NCBI GenBank assembly: GCA_030295235.1
Contig: AP026130.1
Coordinates: 1,302,001-1,366,000 of the forward strand
DNA length: 64,000 bases
DNA from: Fistulifera solaris
Lineage: Eukaryota
Direction: 5' to 3'
Below are positions 1 to 12,166 of the stretch, in pieces. The notes under the pieces are model-generated. The model was not told the DNA's origin. It made no database searches and saw nothing but the letters and a program-made list of their open reading frames with translations. Position 1 is the first letter of the stretch; the number at the start of each line of letters is the position of its first letter. The position numbers and the translations under genes were made by a program.

Positions 1-43
1 CGCAAACTCGGTGTAGCCTTGAAAGATTGGAATTATTTCTCAT

Positions 44-952
44 GTGTCTTCGACGTTTCTTTTATTTGTTCTCTTCGCAGCGGTCAGCGTATCGATAATA
101 TGGAGCAACTCGGCTCATTTCTTCCGAGATTCTTTAGTGTCTTCTCAACAAGACAATCACGCATCGCCGTCATCAGGATCTTCTTCAGCAGTTATTGGTA
201 ATAGTAAACAGCGAAGTTGTACGCAAAAGGTGGGCAACGGCAGCTGCATCGACACCGAAAAAAATCGGTATAATTACTGTTTCAGCCAAGCGAACAGGCA
301 TTCCTTGGAAGCATGTCAATCCATTGCCGCGATTAACAAGGATATTTCCGGGATACAATATGTCAGAAACGAGCATGATGCATATTGTCTTTTGCTCCTC
401 GACGAGTCCACTTTGTCCGGCAAGCCTGGTACCCCTGGTATCGATGCCTCTTGCCCCGATCAGTTTACCTTTCATCGAGAGTCCGAGTCGAGTGGGGGCC
501 ACGGGTCCGTTGCAGGCATTGATAGTGTCGGCGAATGTTATAGCTGCACTGATGGTTATTGCACGGATCGGGTCGGGCCCGGCGAATGCGTAGATGTCAA
601 TCACAACCGTTTCAATTACTGCTTCGCTACCGCGTATGCGCTGCAACAATGTCAGCAGATTGCTTCAAAGAACAAACAACAATTTATTGGTATTGAGTAT
701 GGATCGTTTCAAGGTACATCGTATTGTTTCCTTCTCATGGGTGCGCTCACCACAGAGGGAGTCGATGTCGGTCGTTTGTGTCCGCCCGACTTCATGACCG
801 ATGAATCGTCTGGTTCCAATCGAGGGACGGGTTTGATTCACGATGCAGTCGCTATGAAAGGCTATGAATGCTACGCCTGTTGGGTCGATAGTGGCGCCGT
901 TGTGAGAGATACGACAGCAGTCAACAATAATCAAGACGTTCTGAGTGAGTGA
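44..952 (+). CDS. Secreted or membrane-anchored Cys-rich protein with two internal repeats (possibly PAN/apple-like)
   Basis: 302-aa ORF with a hydrophobic N-terminus and two ~110-aa repeats (CTxxVGxGxCxD...RxNYCF...CQxIA...GIxY...YCxLL...CP...ECYxC). The PAN/apple resemblance is only an impression from Cys spacing. Confidence 0.75.
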   Translation: MSSTFLLFVLFAAVSVSIIWSNSAHFFRDSLVSSQQDNHASPSSGSSSAVIGNSKQRSCTQKVGNGSCIDTEKNRYNYCFSQANRHSLEACQSIAAINKDISGIQYVRNEHDAYCLLLLDESTLSGKPGTPGIDASCPDQFTFHRESESSGGHGSVAGIDSVGECYSCTDGYCTDRVGPGECVDVNHNRFNYCFATAYALQQCQQIASKNKQQFIGIEYGSFQGTSYCFLLMGALTTEGVDVGRLCPPDFMTDESSGSNRGTGLIHDAVAMKGYECYACWVDSGAVVRDTTAVNNNQDVLSE

Positions 953-1445
953 AGTATACGTTGATCGCTGACAGTATTCTTGAAATAGTCTTCGATAGAA
1001 ATGCAATGACTCAACGCTACGCTTACTGTTCTTTGAATGAAGGTAGTCGCCTGTGAGAAAACGACTAACGTGATATTTACTCCAAGCCGGTATATCCTCA
1101 CATCCATTAGCGCCCTTTTGCCAGAACGCGAAAGTTTCCATTGAACTAAGCAACAAAGCCCTAAAATCGTGCTTCTCTTACTGTAGTCATCCTTTTAAAA
1201 TAGCAATGAAGTAGTCAAGATGTGTCATATGAGCGGCATTTAATTTTCAAAATATTAGCTTTCTTGCGAAAAGGACAAACAAGTTTCCCGCACGTAGGTC
1301 TAGATAAGCTTCACCGCATTCGTTAGCTAAAAATTTGTGTCAAGTTCACATCACAACTATTTATAATGATTTTTTAAGCGTTGCACCTTCTTTCGCCTTT
1401 CACGTCAAATAAGCGCAGCCTATTACACATACAGCGAACTGTGCT

Positions 1446-2052
1446 TTAGAGCAGTCCGTAACCGACAAACATGACGGCACCCGTCCATAACGTCGTGGTG
1501 GACACGGTAAAGCTAGCAGAGGATCCTCCGCCAGCGCCTGTGTCGGTGCCCGTGCCTCCGTTGTCACTTCCGTCGTCAACGGCTCCGCCGTCGCTGCCAC
1601 CATCTACCGCTCCACTGTCGTTGCCATCATCCACCGTGCCTTCATTGTCGTTTCCATCATCAACCGCACCACCATTGTCATCGCAAACGAAAGAACAAGT
1701 TCCATCCTCGGTCGTCTGCGATGCAACACAACTCAAAGTACGCATTCGCTTCGGCTTGACAAGCATTACAGCATTGCTGGATCGCGCAAAAGATCTCATT
1801 GAACCAATTGCACAAAAAGTTTGGATCCTCCAGCATGTTCAAGATTTGCTCCTCCGTCCATTCCGGATTTTGATCGACACCTTGGCACTCCGATTCGCAG
1901 ATATTCTGCTTGCTGAGGGCACACGCCTCGTACGCAGCGAGTTCATTGGGGCAAGAATCATCGTTCACAGTGCCATCGCCCCGGACGACCGTATTGACGG
2001 ACGCGAACAGAAGAAGAGAGAGAAGAGAGAGAATAGGTATACGGAAGGGCAT
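1446..2052 (-). CDS. Secreted, probably GPI-anchored 12-Cys domain protein (paralog 1; one frameshift near 1731)
   Basis: ORFs 1678..2052 and 1446..1799 join after removing one T (ANAYFE-CVASQTTEDGTCSFVC) to give a protein colinear with 2810..3340: signal peptide, CPNELAAYEAC domain, acidic DDG repeats, hydrophobic C-terminal tail. Confidence 0.75.
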
Positions 2053-2809
2053 CTTGGAAAAGGGAAAAGAAAGAATGAAAGAAGATGAGGTTACCTTCCA
2101 AATGATTTCGTGATGAATTCAATTCGAAATGCGAAGATGTCGTTTTTCTTTTGTAACGGATTCTTGGCAGAAGACGTATTCGACTTCCGAGTCCTCTGCT
2201 TCCGAGTGCCATATCGGTACTTTATCCACTATACAAATGGTACCTCGCGCAAACTCGTTCAAGATTCATTCCAATATTTCAAATATCGATCGATCGCTTT
2301 AGTACTGTACGATGGCCGTGATCTCCGAGGTATCATACAGCAATCTACTTCTTAATGCAGCTTCAGCATTAGTAACATTAGTTGAAACCGAATCTTACTA
2401 TAGAAGTTACGAGATGCGCTTTCGACATGTGGGAAGAAAAGACGTGACATGATCTTGCTTTTCGAACGAACCTCCACTCGACACGAGGTTACAAAACGCT
2501 TGCTTATAAGTGGCTAAGGAAACATGATAAAGAAGCTGCTGTAAGCAAAACATACTTTAGGCATGAGCGCTATTGTTAAGACTGTTGTGTGTAGTCCGAG
2601 GTGCTCAGTCATGGAACAGATTTTCTGGACGGTGCAATACGAGTACGAAGGAATGCTAGAAAGAACCGACATGCATTTTTTCTTTAATCGCTAGAAACAA
2701 AGAGAACATCAAGCCATGAAAAATGCATTAAATTTACGCCAAAGACGAGTTTTGCGCCGCACACCGAAAAACTATCCAGTCGAGGATGAATCATCATCAA
2801 GCCAACTGT

Positions 2810-3340
2810 CTAGCTCATTGTGTAACCGACAAACACAACCGCACTTGTCCACATCGACACTCTTAACAAGGAAAGGCTACCAGACGAGCTCTGGCCAACA
2901 CCGTCACCACCACTGCCGTCGTTATTATCAGTAGTGCCTCCGTTATCTTTCGCGTCATCCATTGCATCTCCGCTATCAGCGCAAGAAAACTCACAAGTTC
3001 CATCTTCAGCAAGTTCCTTGGCCTGACAATCGAGATAAGCCGTCGCTTCATTCAAGCACATATTGCAGCAGTGGTGGACCGCGCAGTAGGCTTCATTCAA
3101 CCACTCGCACATGAAGCTCGGATCTGTTATCAGTGCGACAAACACTTCTTCAGTAAACTCTGGCTCGTGTTCACAATCATTCTTGCAAGCAGCCATGTTG
3201 TTGGTGGCACAAGCCTCGTAGGCAGCCAGTTCATTGGGACATGACTCGTCGGTAAAGCCGTCACCCTGGACGACAGAGTTGACGGATGCCAACACGATAA
3301 GAGAAAGAAGAGAGAAAGCAGTTTTCGTCAAGCGCAACAT
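2810..3340 (-). CDS. Secreted, probably GPI-anchored 12-Cys domain protein (paralog 2)
   Basis: 176-aa intact ORF: signal peptide, CPNELAAYEAC...CC...C domain, Gly/Asp linker, hydrophobic C-terminus. Confidence 0.8.
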   Translation of the reverse strand: MLRLTKTAFSLLSLIVLASVNSVVQGDGFTDESCPNELAAYEACATNNMAACKNDCEHEPEFTEEVFVALITDPSFMCEWLNEAYCAVHHCCNMCLNEATAYLDCQAKELAEDGTCEFSCADSGDAMDDAKDNGGTTDNNDGSGGDGVGQSSSGSLSLLRVSMWTSAVVFVGYTMS

Positions 3341-3985
3341 TTTAGAGGAGAAAGAGTAGCTTATGGCTCGTCAACAAATGAAATTGTGGAACTAAAGCGA
3401 TATGGAAAAACGGAGTATGAATGATGAATATTGAGAACATTGTGATGCAAAATGCTTTCAGCTTCCGTGTGAAGCGCAAGTGAAACGTGAAACGGGTGCA
3501 CGTTTCGAGCGAATACTGGTAGTGCTCAGACATCCATTCGTCCTTCCGAGTTTGTCCGTTTCTGCACAGAACGTCCACCAGGAAGGTGCATGGCCAGCCT
3601 CATCGCCGTTCGCTTAGGCCTATGAGCTATGTTTCTCATGTCACGTGACCAAAGATCTTTGTCACCTCGCGAAATCGCATAAACGGAAGATAGAATTTGA
3701 ACAAGGGTGACTCCGATCGAACGAAAGGTGGAATACATCATGCAGTTTTGCTCACCGCAGTCTTAAGAATGTAACATGGCATACTGTATCATCCTTTTAC
3801 AAGAGAACTTCACTGACTGGAGCGTGAATGCTTTGCGAAGCCGTAATCGGTAGAAGCACTAAACCGCAGTTGATCCTGAAAATAGAAACACTATATTTTC
3901 AACTAAGGAATTCGGTTCTCTAGATGTTTTATGATCTAATCTATTGGTGGTGTTTGGTATTGATGTCTGCGACTCCAAACAGCTC

Positions 3986-5893
3986 TTAGAACTTCATGTA
4001 CAAAAGAAGAGTAATTGACGCAACAAGCCAAGCTGCGTTTTTCTCACGGCGAGAGAAGCTAGATGCCGTATTCTCTTCCGTGCCTTCAATGGCGTCAAAG
4101 TTGGTGGCCCTGTCCCCGTCGATGGGGTCCAAGATAGCTTGACAGTCAATTTCACCGCAGCCCGCTTCGCGCTCGATACAGCTCCAGTAAGTAGCTTCTT
4201 CAGCGGAACATTGCTCGCAGCAACCACGCATGGCACAGGAAGCCAACTTCATCGGATCACATGTGAGAGAGGGGTCCATCATGTACTGCAAGTCTTCTGG
4301 TTGAACTCTCACGGCGACTTTTCCGCATGTGGGAAAACAATACAAAGGTTGGTTCGCAATACAGTCTTGATAGCTAGCCAGTTCGTTTGGGCACGTCAAT
4401 CCTCCTGAACTTGAACTTGATGAACCTGATCCACCGACGTTAACATTGGTGTTACTGTTGGCTCCATTCGTGTTATTTGAGGTTGTTGAAGGGCTAGTGG
4501 AATTGTTCACCACGGGCGTGCTTCCGTTGGTGGTGGTGGAATTGTTCACCACAGGCGTGCTTCCATTGGCGGTGGTGTTTTGCGGTGGAGACTGGTTGCT
4601 GGTGCTGTTGTTGACGGCATCAGTTGCTGGGGCGACGCCTTGTCCATTCGATCCTCCTGTAACAGGCTTTGTGGTATTGTATGTTCCACTCGAATCTCCT
4701 GTAACAGGCTTAGTAGTGTTATAGGTTCCACTTGGTCCTCCTGTAACAGGCGCTGTGCTATTGCTCGTCCCACTCGACCCTCCTGTGGCAGGCTTTGTAG
4801 TATTGTTCACGCCCGTTGATTCACCCGTCGTAGGCTTTGTGGTGTTAGTTTGCCCACTAGATCCTCCAGTAATAGGTTTCGTAGAGTTTTGACAGTCACA
4901 GTCGCCGTCCGACGGTGCTCCATCTCCATTCGAAGTGTTGTTCGCCGTAGGTGTACTGGATCCTCCTGTGACAGGTGTTGTTCCACCGTTGCTCTCAACA
5001 GGAGGCGTCTGGTTCCCGGTAGAATTAGAACCAGTTCCTGTATTAGTGGGAGCGGGGACATCTCGGCAATCAATAGCTCCACATCCTGTTTCGCGCTCGA
5101 TGCAAAACCAGTACAGAAACTCCTCTAGAGCACAGTCCTCGCAACAGCTGCGTTGCGCGCACGAAGCAATCTCCATAGGAAGGCACAGAACTGAGGGATC
5201 CGACAAATCCGTCAAGTCGTCCGCCTTGAGTGTCACGTCAACATTCGCACAAGAGGTTGAGCATGACTTGCTTGCGACACATTGCTTGAAGATGCCCAAC
5301 TCTCCAGGACACGTCAAGTCTTCCGAACCCGAAGTGTTTGAACCGCTACCTCCAGTCGAGTTAACCGGGTTCGTTCCTGAGTTAGTGTTGTTCTGCAACG
5401 GCGGCTCTCCACTTTGCCCATCGCCGTTATCCCCGTTATTCGTCCCGGTCCCCTGTCCGTTCGATCCGCCGTTGTTTGGAGTAGATACATTCTCTTCCTC
5501 GGAGGGAGATTCTTCTTCTTGTGGCTCGTTGTCAGGAGCCAAGACTGATTCGCAGTCAATTTCACCGCATCCTGCTTCGCGCTCGATGCATGCCCAGTAT
5601 GTTGCTTCTTCAGCGGAACATCGCTCGCAGCAACCGCGCATAGCACAGGAAGCCAACTTCATCGGGTCGCATGTAAGAGAGGGGTCCATCATGTACTGCA
5701 AGTCTTCCGGTTGAACTCTCACGGCGACTTTTCCGCAAGTAGGGAAACAATACAAAGGTTGGTTCGCAATACATTCTTGATAACTGGCTAGTTCATTGGG
5801 GCATGTCAGCTGTGCAATGGCAAGGTTCGGTCCCTGAAGCGTCAAGAAAGACGCGATAAAAATCAATCGTTGTGGTGATAAGTATTTGTTCAT
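3986..5893 (-). CDS. Secreted, probably GPI-anchored mucin-like protein with three 12-Cys domains (paralog 3)
   Basis: 635-aa ORF: signal peptide, three LTCPxEL... domains, N/T/S/G-rich linker with PVTGG repeats and many NxT/S sequons, hydrophobic C-terminal tail. Confidence 0.85.
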   Translation of the reverse strand: MNKYLSPQRLIFIASFLTLQGPNLAIAQLTCPNELASYQECIANQPLYCFPTCGKVAVRVQPEDLQYMMDPSLTCDPMKLASCAMRGCCERCSAEEATYWACIEREAGCGEIDCESVLAPDNEPQEEESPSEEENVSTPNNGGSNGQGTGTNNGDNGDGQSGEPPLQNNTNSGTNPVNSTGGSGSNTSGSEDLTCPGELGIFKQCVASKSCSTSCANVDVTLKADDLTDLSDPSVLCLPMEIASCAQRSCCEDCALEEFLYWFCIERETGCGAIDCRDVPAPTNTGTGSNSTGNQTPPVESNGGTTPVTGGSSTPTANNTSNGDGAPSDGDCDCQNSTKPITGGSSGQTNTTKPTTGESTGVNNTTKPATGGSSGTSNSTAPVTGGPSGTYNTTKPVTGDSSGTYNTTKPVTGGSNGQGVAPATDAVNNSTSNQSPPQNTTANGSTPVVNNSTTTNGSTPVVNNSTSPSTTSNNTNGANSNTNVNVGGSGSSSSSSGGLTCPNELASYQDCIANQPLYCFPTCGKVAVRVQPEDLQYMMDPSLTCDPMKLASCAMRGCCEQCSAEEATYWSCIEREAGCGEIDCQAILDPIDGDRATNFDAIEGTEENTASSFSRREKNAAWLVASITLLLYMKF

Positions 5894-6601
5894 GTTGTTC
5901 GTATTTTATGAGCTCGGATGCAAAATTTCTTTTTCTTCCTCTTGGCATTTTGTGGCGAGATGCACGATAAAATCAGACTTCTTTCCGAATGTCGGAGTAT
6001 GTATCTAACGCAAACTCACGATTGAGACCAGCGACCAATCTATCATAGTCCAAAACGTCAACAAGTTTTTTGCTTGCCAAAATTTCAAACTGTCACAGCG
6101 AGTTGTTAACAACTCAAAACCGGTTCTTTTTCGTGGGAAAGTCCGTTTGGCGTTGGGCGGCGCACCTAAATTTTGTGTGACGTGTTATCTGTTATCCCTA
6201 CTGCAACCGTTATTCAGCCCTTTTTCCTTCTTGCGTGCACTATCTAAAACAGTGTGGGCGTGACACGCTGTGACATGTGGCCACCTTTGATCCAGTCCCC
6301 AGTTTTGACCACAACATTCACTCATCATAGCATTGATTGACCACGTGACTATGATAAACCAATTCATGCCAAGCAATCAAACGACCATTACGATATCAGA
6401 TACTGTATCAGATATTATAGATGTTGTTATTGTTGTTGGAATGAAGTGCATGATGCCGCTCATTTGTTCAACCGAAGGCACTATGCGGTAAAGTGTACAG
6501 TACTTGTACATGGCAAAGTTGTTTCATAAACGAATACTCGTCGTCCTTCATCATTGTCATTGTTGCATCGCTTTATTTGTCAATAATTGTGTTATCTTAA
6601 C

Positions 6602-7461
6602 ATGAATGCTGCAACCCAAATAATAGTATCGACATCTTATAAAGATACATGCAATCAACCAGACATTTCAAAACAGCAAAATCGCCCCAAAGTTCCTCAA
6701 GTTGTGACAGCGTTGCAATTACTGCAGCAAAGACGACAACAAAACAATACAAATAAGAATTCTTTTCATTGATACCACATTCCGAAGAGCCATGGCTACA
6801 ATTGAATTTGCCTGGAATCTATGAGTTGTCAGGTTCTGCTGGTTCAGGCAAAACGCAACTGGCTTTACAATGGGCCTTGACTGTCGCGCAATCTCGAAAC
6901 GAACACGACGCGCCGCGTACAGTCTATTATCTCAGTTTGAGCTCTCTGTCACCCAAATTAGAAAGGTTACAACAGATTGTCACGGAACAAAAGAACTCGT
7001 GTAACAGCAAGGACATCGAGGAAGCCGCCGAGAGTTCATTGCATCGAATATGGACCCGTCGCATTGTACAAATTGATGATTTCTGGGAGGCACTGCACGA
7101 ACTGACCCAGCGCACGGACGTACATGCGGTGGTGTTAGACTCCTTGGCAGACTTGTTTCGTGGGGGAGACTCGCATAGCAATAATACGGAACGGTCGAAT
7201 CATCTGTTTCAAGTAGCGCAGCAGTTATTGCAACGCAACATTCCGTGTCTTGTATTGAATCAAATGCAACTGGAAGATCGCCCTGCGTTAGGGATCTCTT
7301 GGGCTCATTGTGTGACACGACGCTATCGCATTGTACAAACTGAGTCTACTACTTCAAATGGTCGACGTCGAATATTGAAGCTAGAGCATGCACCTGAATT
7401 CGGTTCGCAACAAACTTCCTTTGAAATATATCGTGGCGGCATTGTGTCATTAAATCACTGA
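6602..7461 (+). CDS. RAD51 paralog (XRCC3-like) RecA-fold ATPase; start uncertain, probable frameshift near 6765
   Basis: Walker A IYELSGSAGSGKTQLALQ, Walker B VVLDSLADLFR, C-terminal RPALGISWAHCV. The upstream frame contains TALQLL, typical of RAD51-paralog N-termini. Confidence 0.8.
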
Positions 7462-7539
7462 AAGCCTAATTATAGCGAATAATTGATCCCAACAGTTAAT
7501 AATTGAATTGATAGGTTTATATTAAATGTGTTCAAGCAG

Positions 7540-9126
7540 TTACCGAACCAGCATCGAGTCCTCGGGCATGGGGAAGGACAGAGCAAACGCTTCAACACGA
7601 TTTCGAAGGTCTCCAAGTTCGCTTTGTACTGACGCATCCGACTCAAGCAATTCAATAAAGTTCTTCAATGCAGCCTTTTCGTATCGTTCCTCTGTTAGCG
7701 CTTGCACTCGCTGTGTCAATTGATAACCTTCGTGTAGAAATTCTGCAACTTTGTCAAAATCGCCCTCACGCAACCCACGTGTCGTCAGTGCTGGAGTCCC
7801 TAAGCGCACACCTCCCGGATTCAGGGCTGACGTATCTCCCGCAATTGTGTTCTTGTTGGTTGTAATCCCAGCTAGTTCCAGCACCTTTTCTACTTTAGAT
7901 CCCGACAAAGGCCGAACATTCCACAGCAACAAGTGATTGTCGGTACCACCGGTAGCTAGTTGGTAGCCGCGCTTCAGTAAACCTTCCGACAATGCTTGAG
8001 CATTGTTCACTATTTGACGAGCATACTCTCGGAATGATGGTTGTTGTGCTTCTCGTAGCGCCACGGCGAGAGCACCGATCTGATGATTGTGTGGTCCTCC
8101 CTGTAACATGGGAAACACAGCTTGGTTGATCGCATCCATGTATTTTTGTTTCGCAAAGATCATTCCCGACCGCGGTCCCCGCAAAGTTTTATGCGTTGTT
8201 GAAGTAACGACATCGGCGTATGAAAACGGTGAATCAACGACACCGGCTGCCACAAGACCGCTGATATGCGCCATGTCGACCATGAACAAGGCCCCCACAC
8301 TGTCAGCGATTTCTCGCATCTTGGCATAATCCCACTCGCGTGGATACGCCGACGCTCCAGCAATGAGTAGCTTGGGCATGAACATTTGCGCGCGTTTCGC
8401 CAGTTCGTCGTAATCGAGTAATCCAGTATTTGGGTCGACTATGTAAGGCATCGACTCAAAGTAAACACTCGTCGCCGACACTTTTCGTTTGGTTGTTTGG
8501 AAGCCGTGAGTCAGATGTCCGCCACTCGGTAAATCCAAACCCATGATGCGATCGTGTGGTTTCAACAATGCCGTGTAGACGGCAAAATTGGCAGGGCTCC
8601 CCGAGTACGGCTGCACGTTGACGCCCCATCCTTCCGTGTCGTCGTCTCCGTGTCCGGTCAAGTTAAACAATTCCAACGCCCGTTGCATGCACAATGATTC
8701 TAACTGATCAATATACATATTCCCACCATAGTACCGTTTTCCCACTTGACCTTCACTGTATTTGTTCGTCAATCCACTCCCCAAAGCGGCTTGTACGGAC
8801 GGACTGACAAAGTTTTCCGATGCGATCAACTCCAAACCAGATCTTTGACGCTGTTCTTCCGCAGCAATCAAATGCGCTACTTCCGGATCGTGTTGCTTGA
8901 GTAACTCAATGTGGGGTCGTGGTGTATTAAGGGAGTCTTGCTGTCGCAGTGAAGGGTGGTCATGATGATTGTTGCTGTGTGATTCGTCAATCTGCGTCGT
9001 AGCCGCCTGCGAAAGAGAAGAGGAAGAGAGAGCTTTCCGTCTAAACATCCATCCTGCAGTGTATCGAAGTGTATGAAAGAAGGCGCATGCCTGAAGGAAG
9101 AATAAGCGATGAACCAGTTTCAACAT
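7540..9126 (-). CDS. SHMT: Serine hydroxymethyltransferase with N-terminal targeting extension
   Basis: [44 protein letters not shown]-lysine motif [25 protein letters not shown]. Confidence 0.97.
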   Translation of the reverse strand: MLKLVHRLFFLQACAFFHTLRYTAGWMFRRKALSSSSLSQAATTQIDESHSNNHHDHPSLRQQDSLNTPRPHIELLKQHDPEVAHLIAAEEQRQRSGLELIASENFVSPSVQAALGSGLTNKYSEGQVGKRYYGGNMYIDQLESLCMQRALELFNLTGHGDDDTEGWGVNVQPYSGSPANFAVYTALLKPHDRIMGLDLPSGGHLTHGFQTTKRKVSATSVYFESMPYIVDPNTGLLDYDELAKRAQMFMPKLLIAGASAYPREWDYAKMREIADSVGALFMVDMAHISGLVAAGVVDSPFSYADVVTSTTHKTLRGPRSGMIFAKQKYMDAINQAVFPMLQGGPHNHQIGALAVALREAQQPSFREYARQIVNNAQALSEGLLKRGYQLATGGTDNHLLLWNVRPLSGSKVEKVLELAGITTNKNTIAGDTSALNPGGVRLGTPALTTRGLREGDFDKVAEFLHEGYQLTQRVQALTEERYEKAALKNFIELLESDASVQSELGDLRNRVEAFALSFPMPEDSMLVR

Positions 9127-9469
9127 TTGTAATAGTGAAAAGAAAGAACAGAACTCGTCTTTGTGTCAGAAGTCACAAACGAAGAGATCCTTCTGATATC
9201 CCAAAACGCCAGCGAAAAGGACTAAAATGAAGATGATAGTATAAGATACTGAAGGTGAAGAACAGATAGTCTAGTGTTGTCGAAGCAGATGTTGATCATG
9301 ATTATTATTATTATTTGATCATTGACGCGGAATGCAATGGAGACAAGTTTCTGCGTCATTCATTGCGCATGAATCTAAACGGTACTGGTAAACTGCGGCC
9401 ATTCATCAAACGGACGACGGATCTACCAAAGATATTTACTATAATAGCAAAGTGTTGGTTTATACCCTC

Positions 9470-10181
9470 ATTGACTGAATTTCGTCACGATCGATATCTA
9501 AGAAATGGTAACAATGAATTACACAAATGCTAGCATTAAATGTATGATCAATTGTATTGGTATTGACGGTGATGTTACAAAATATCATCATCATTCAAAA
9601 CGCAATGTATCGTTCCTTGGATCCGAAAAGCTTTCGCATCGATTACCGGCAAATTCACTATAGGATCAAAGTGATGGTTTACGCTATGCTTGACTGAACT
9701 TGAGTCACGATCGATATCTAAGAAATGGTAACAATGAAGTCCACAAATGCTAGCATTAAATGTATGATCAATTGTATTGGTATTGACGGTGAAGTTACAA
9801 AATATCATCATCATTCAAAACGCAATGTATCGTTCCTTGGATCCGAAAAGCTTTCGCATCGATTGCCGGCAAATTCACTATAGGATCAAAGTGATGGTTT
9901 ACGCTATGCTTGACTGAACTTGAGTCACGATCGAAATACGAAAATAAATAATGAAACGGCAACAGTGAAGTCCACAAATGCTAGCATTAAATGTATGATC
10001 AATTGTATTGGTATTGACGGTGATGTTACAAAATATCATCATCATTCAAAACGCAATGTATCGTTCCTTGGATCCGAAAAGCTTTCGCATCGATTACAGG
10101 CAAATTCACTATAGGATCAAAGTGATGGTTTACGCTATGCTTGACTGAACTTGAGTCACAAGCGAAATACGAAAATAAATG
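9470..10181. repeat. AT-rich tandem repeat, about 3 copies of a 220-231 bp unit
   Basis: TAGCATTAAATGTATGATCAATTG recurs at 9531, 9751 and 9982 with near-identical intervening sequence. A diverged partial copy precedes the first. Confidence 0.95.
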
Positions 10182-10406
10182 AAACTTTTATATAATACAG
10201 TTTCTTGCATTTCGTAAAGATTAGTTATCTCGCTAAGAACTTTACCACTGTTTCTAAGAATCAGATAATTTGATTCTCAGTTTGTTTTGATAGGAAGCTC
10301 CTCAGCAGTAATGCAAAGGAGTTGATGCTCCATTTTAACATCAGGTTCGTCAACTGATTAATGTAGCTCGACAGTAAGTAATAGAAGTCAAGCTAAGATA
10401 ACAGAA

Positions 10407-11352
10407 CTATGGATCTCGGCTGCTTGTTACGTTCTTTCGAGCGGCATTGTACAGGGTTGTCAAGCGCTTACGGTAGAACTTCCTCTCGTCTTGTCCCCGA
10501 ATGAATAGCTCGCGAAATTTGTTGTTTGAGAAAGAGCCGATACCGAATGCTGGAAGGATACGCAAGCCACGTGCGAATGAGACAGTCGCAAACTCTTTTC
10601 TGATCGTCGCAAAGCGATCGGCAGTCGTCGCTTCGGGAAAATTGAAATAGTCCATGGCATGAATGTGTAAAGGAGCAGTCAATATTTGAGCACTCACGGG
10701 TATCGCTAACGCCATGGTCAGTTCCGCAGTATTACGCTCCCAGCCTCGCTCATGCTCTAAATACTTGGCGACACTCGGGGCCGCGTAGAATGTAGCATAC
10801 ATGGTAGCAGTGTCGCGTGCGGCAAACAGGCCGAACGTTCGTAACGGAGTCTTGCGTTTCGCAGCCTCCGGACAACCAAAAGCTTTGGCAAATACGGAAT
10901 CTCTCCAAGCCAATAAAGAAATATTCGCCACGGCCGACGCCGCAACCTTTCTTTGCTTGCGTGCTTCGTCGTTGCGTATCTTTTGAACATCTAAAAACAT
11001 TTCGGAAAGATTCGCAACGGCATACGTTCCGAAGTAGACGGCAAATGTCAACCGAAACGACAAGCCTCCGAAAAATACACGAGGCTTTGCTACCATCTCG
11101 TGAGAAGCATTCCTTATCGCAATGAGAAACTTTGCAGAGCCCGAAATATCTTGTACAATGCATTTGTCAATGATCGAAACTAGCGGAGACACAAGAAAGG
11201 GAAGCGGCAAAAGCGCATCCGATCTCTTTCGGGGCACGGGTCTTGGCAGCTTCAATGAAATCGTGCGGTCTCACATCCGAAAAGATAAATGCACGATACC
11301 ACGGATCTTCCGGTTCGTCCTCGACTTCGAACTCCAGTCTCTTGTCGCTCAT
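10407..11352 (-). CDS. Uncharacterised mitochondrial-carrier-like membrane protein (paralog A; frameshift near 11200)
   Basis: MSDKRLEF...GCAFAAS (from ORF 11167..11595) joins FLVSPLVSIIDK... (ORF 10407..11255). Highly similar to 12167..13111. Confidence 0.85.
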
Positions 11353-11718
11353 TTTTGTCACTCCGTGATTGTTGTTTGAAGATTTAGTGTCGCGGCGAAA
11401 TAGAAAACGACGATCGAAAGAACGTGAAGATAAACTAGTCAAAGAGGGCACAGAAAATGCTGATATTGATGAGTTTACTTGTGTTTGACCCTCAATGATG
11501 ACGATGAGGCGAAGATACTGGTAGCAAAGATGCCGGAAGGTGCCAAAGAAAAATTCTGTCCCTTCGAACTCGAACAACCCTACGAGTAAAAGCATGAAGC
11601 CCCGTTAGGGTTAGGGGCACAGTGAGACACATGACTGAATATCCAGTCATGGAAAAAGTAAAATACATTACATCCTACAGTAAAATTTGACTTACATTTC
11701 CTTTTAGAGTGTTATGGT

Positions 11719-12084
11719 TGACGTCATCTTTTGTTCGACGAGGTCCCTGCCGATCCGAGCTCGTGCTTGACACCAAAGGCGGACACCCTGCGGAGAGACT
11801 ATCAAAAGTTCATAACGTCATCACTGACGTAAGTGATGGCTTTGCAGTAGTTATCACGGACCGGGACAAAGTGACCACGTGGTGTGGGTGATGCGGCACT
11901 GATAGTCTCATTTGATTGGCTGAGACACTCCGCCAACGAAGTCATTTGAGTCGATTTGGCCAAGTATTACCTCATCGTTTCCGCTGGAATGAAATCTTCA
12001 ACTTCTTATGTGGTGACGTGGCGTCGACGTGGAAAAACAATCGTACATACACAAACGAGAGGCTTGAAAAGGAAACCTACGTCA
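11719..12084. promoter_or_regulatory. Cluster of bZIP-type ACGT elements (TGACGT/ACGTCA, G-box) in a bidirectional promoter
   Basis: TGACGTCA 11719, ACGTCA 11815, TGACGT 11825, CCACGTGG 11875, TGACGT 12014, CGACGTGG 12025, ACGTCA 12079. Confidence 0.6.
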
Positions 12085-12166
12085 CACCACATTCATTTTT
12101 ACAAGGGCAAACAATTCCTTCACAACTTTGTCAAACGTTTCTAAATCTTGCCTTTTGTGACCCAAG

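Noticed and set aside
4935..5714. Long antisense ORFs over real genes (also 1471..2088 and 24146..24910)
   Set aside because: Shadow ORFs on the opposite strand of well-supported CDSs.
11604..11617. TTAGGG x2, with similar TAACC(C/T)T words elsewhere, as an interstitial telomere
   Set aside because: Only two units; at most a telo-box-like promoter word.
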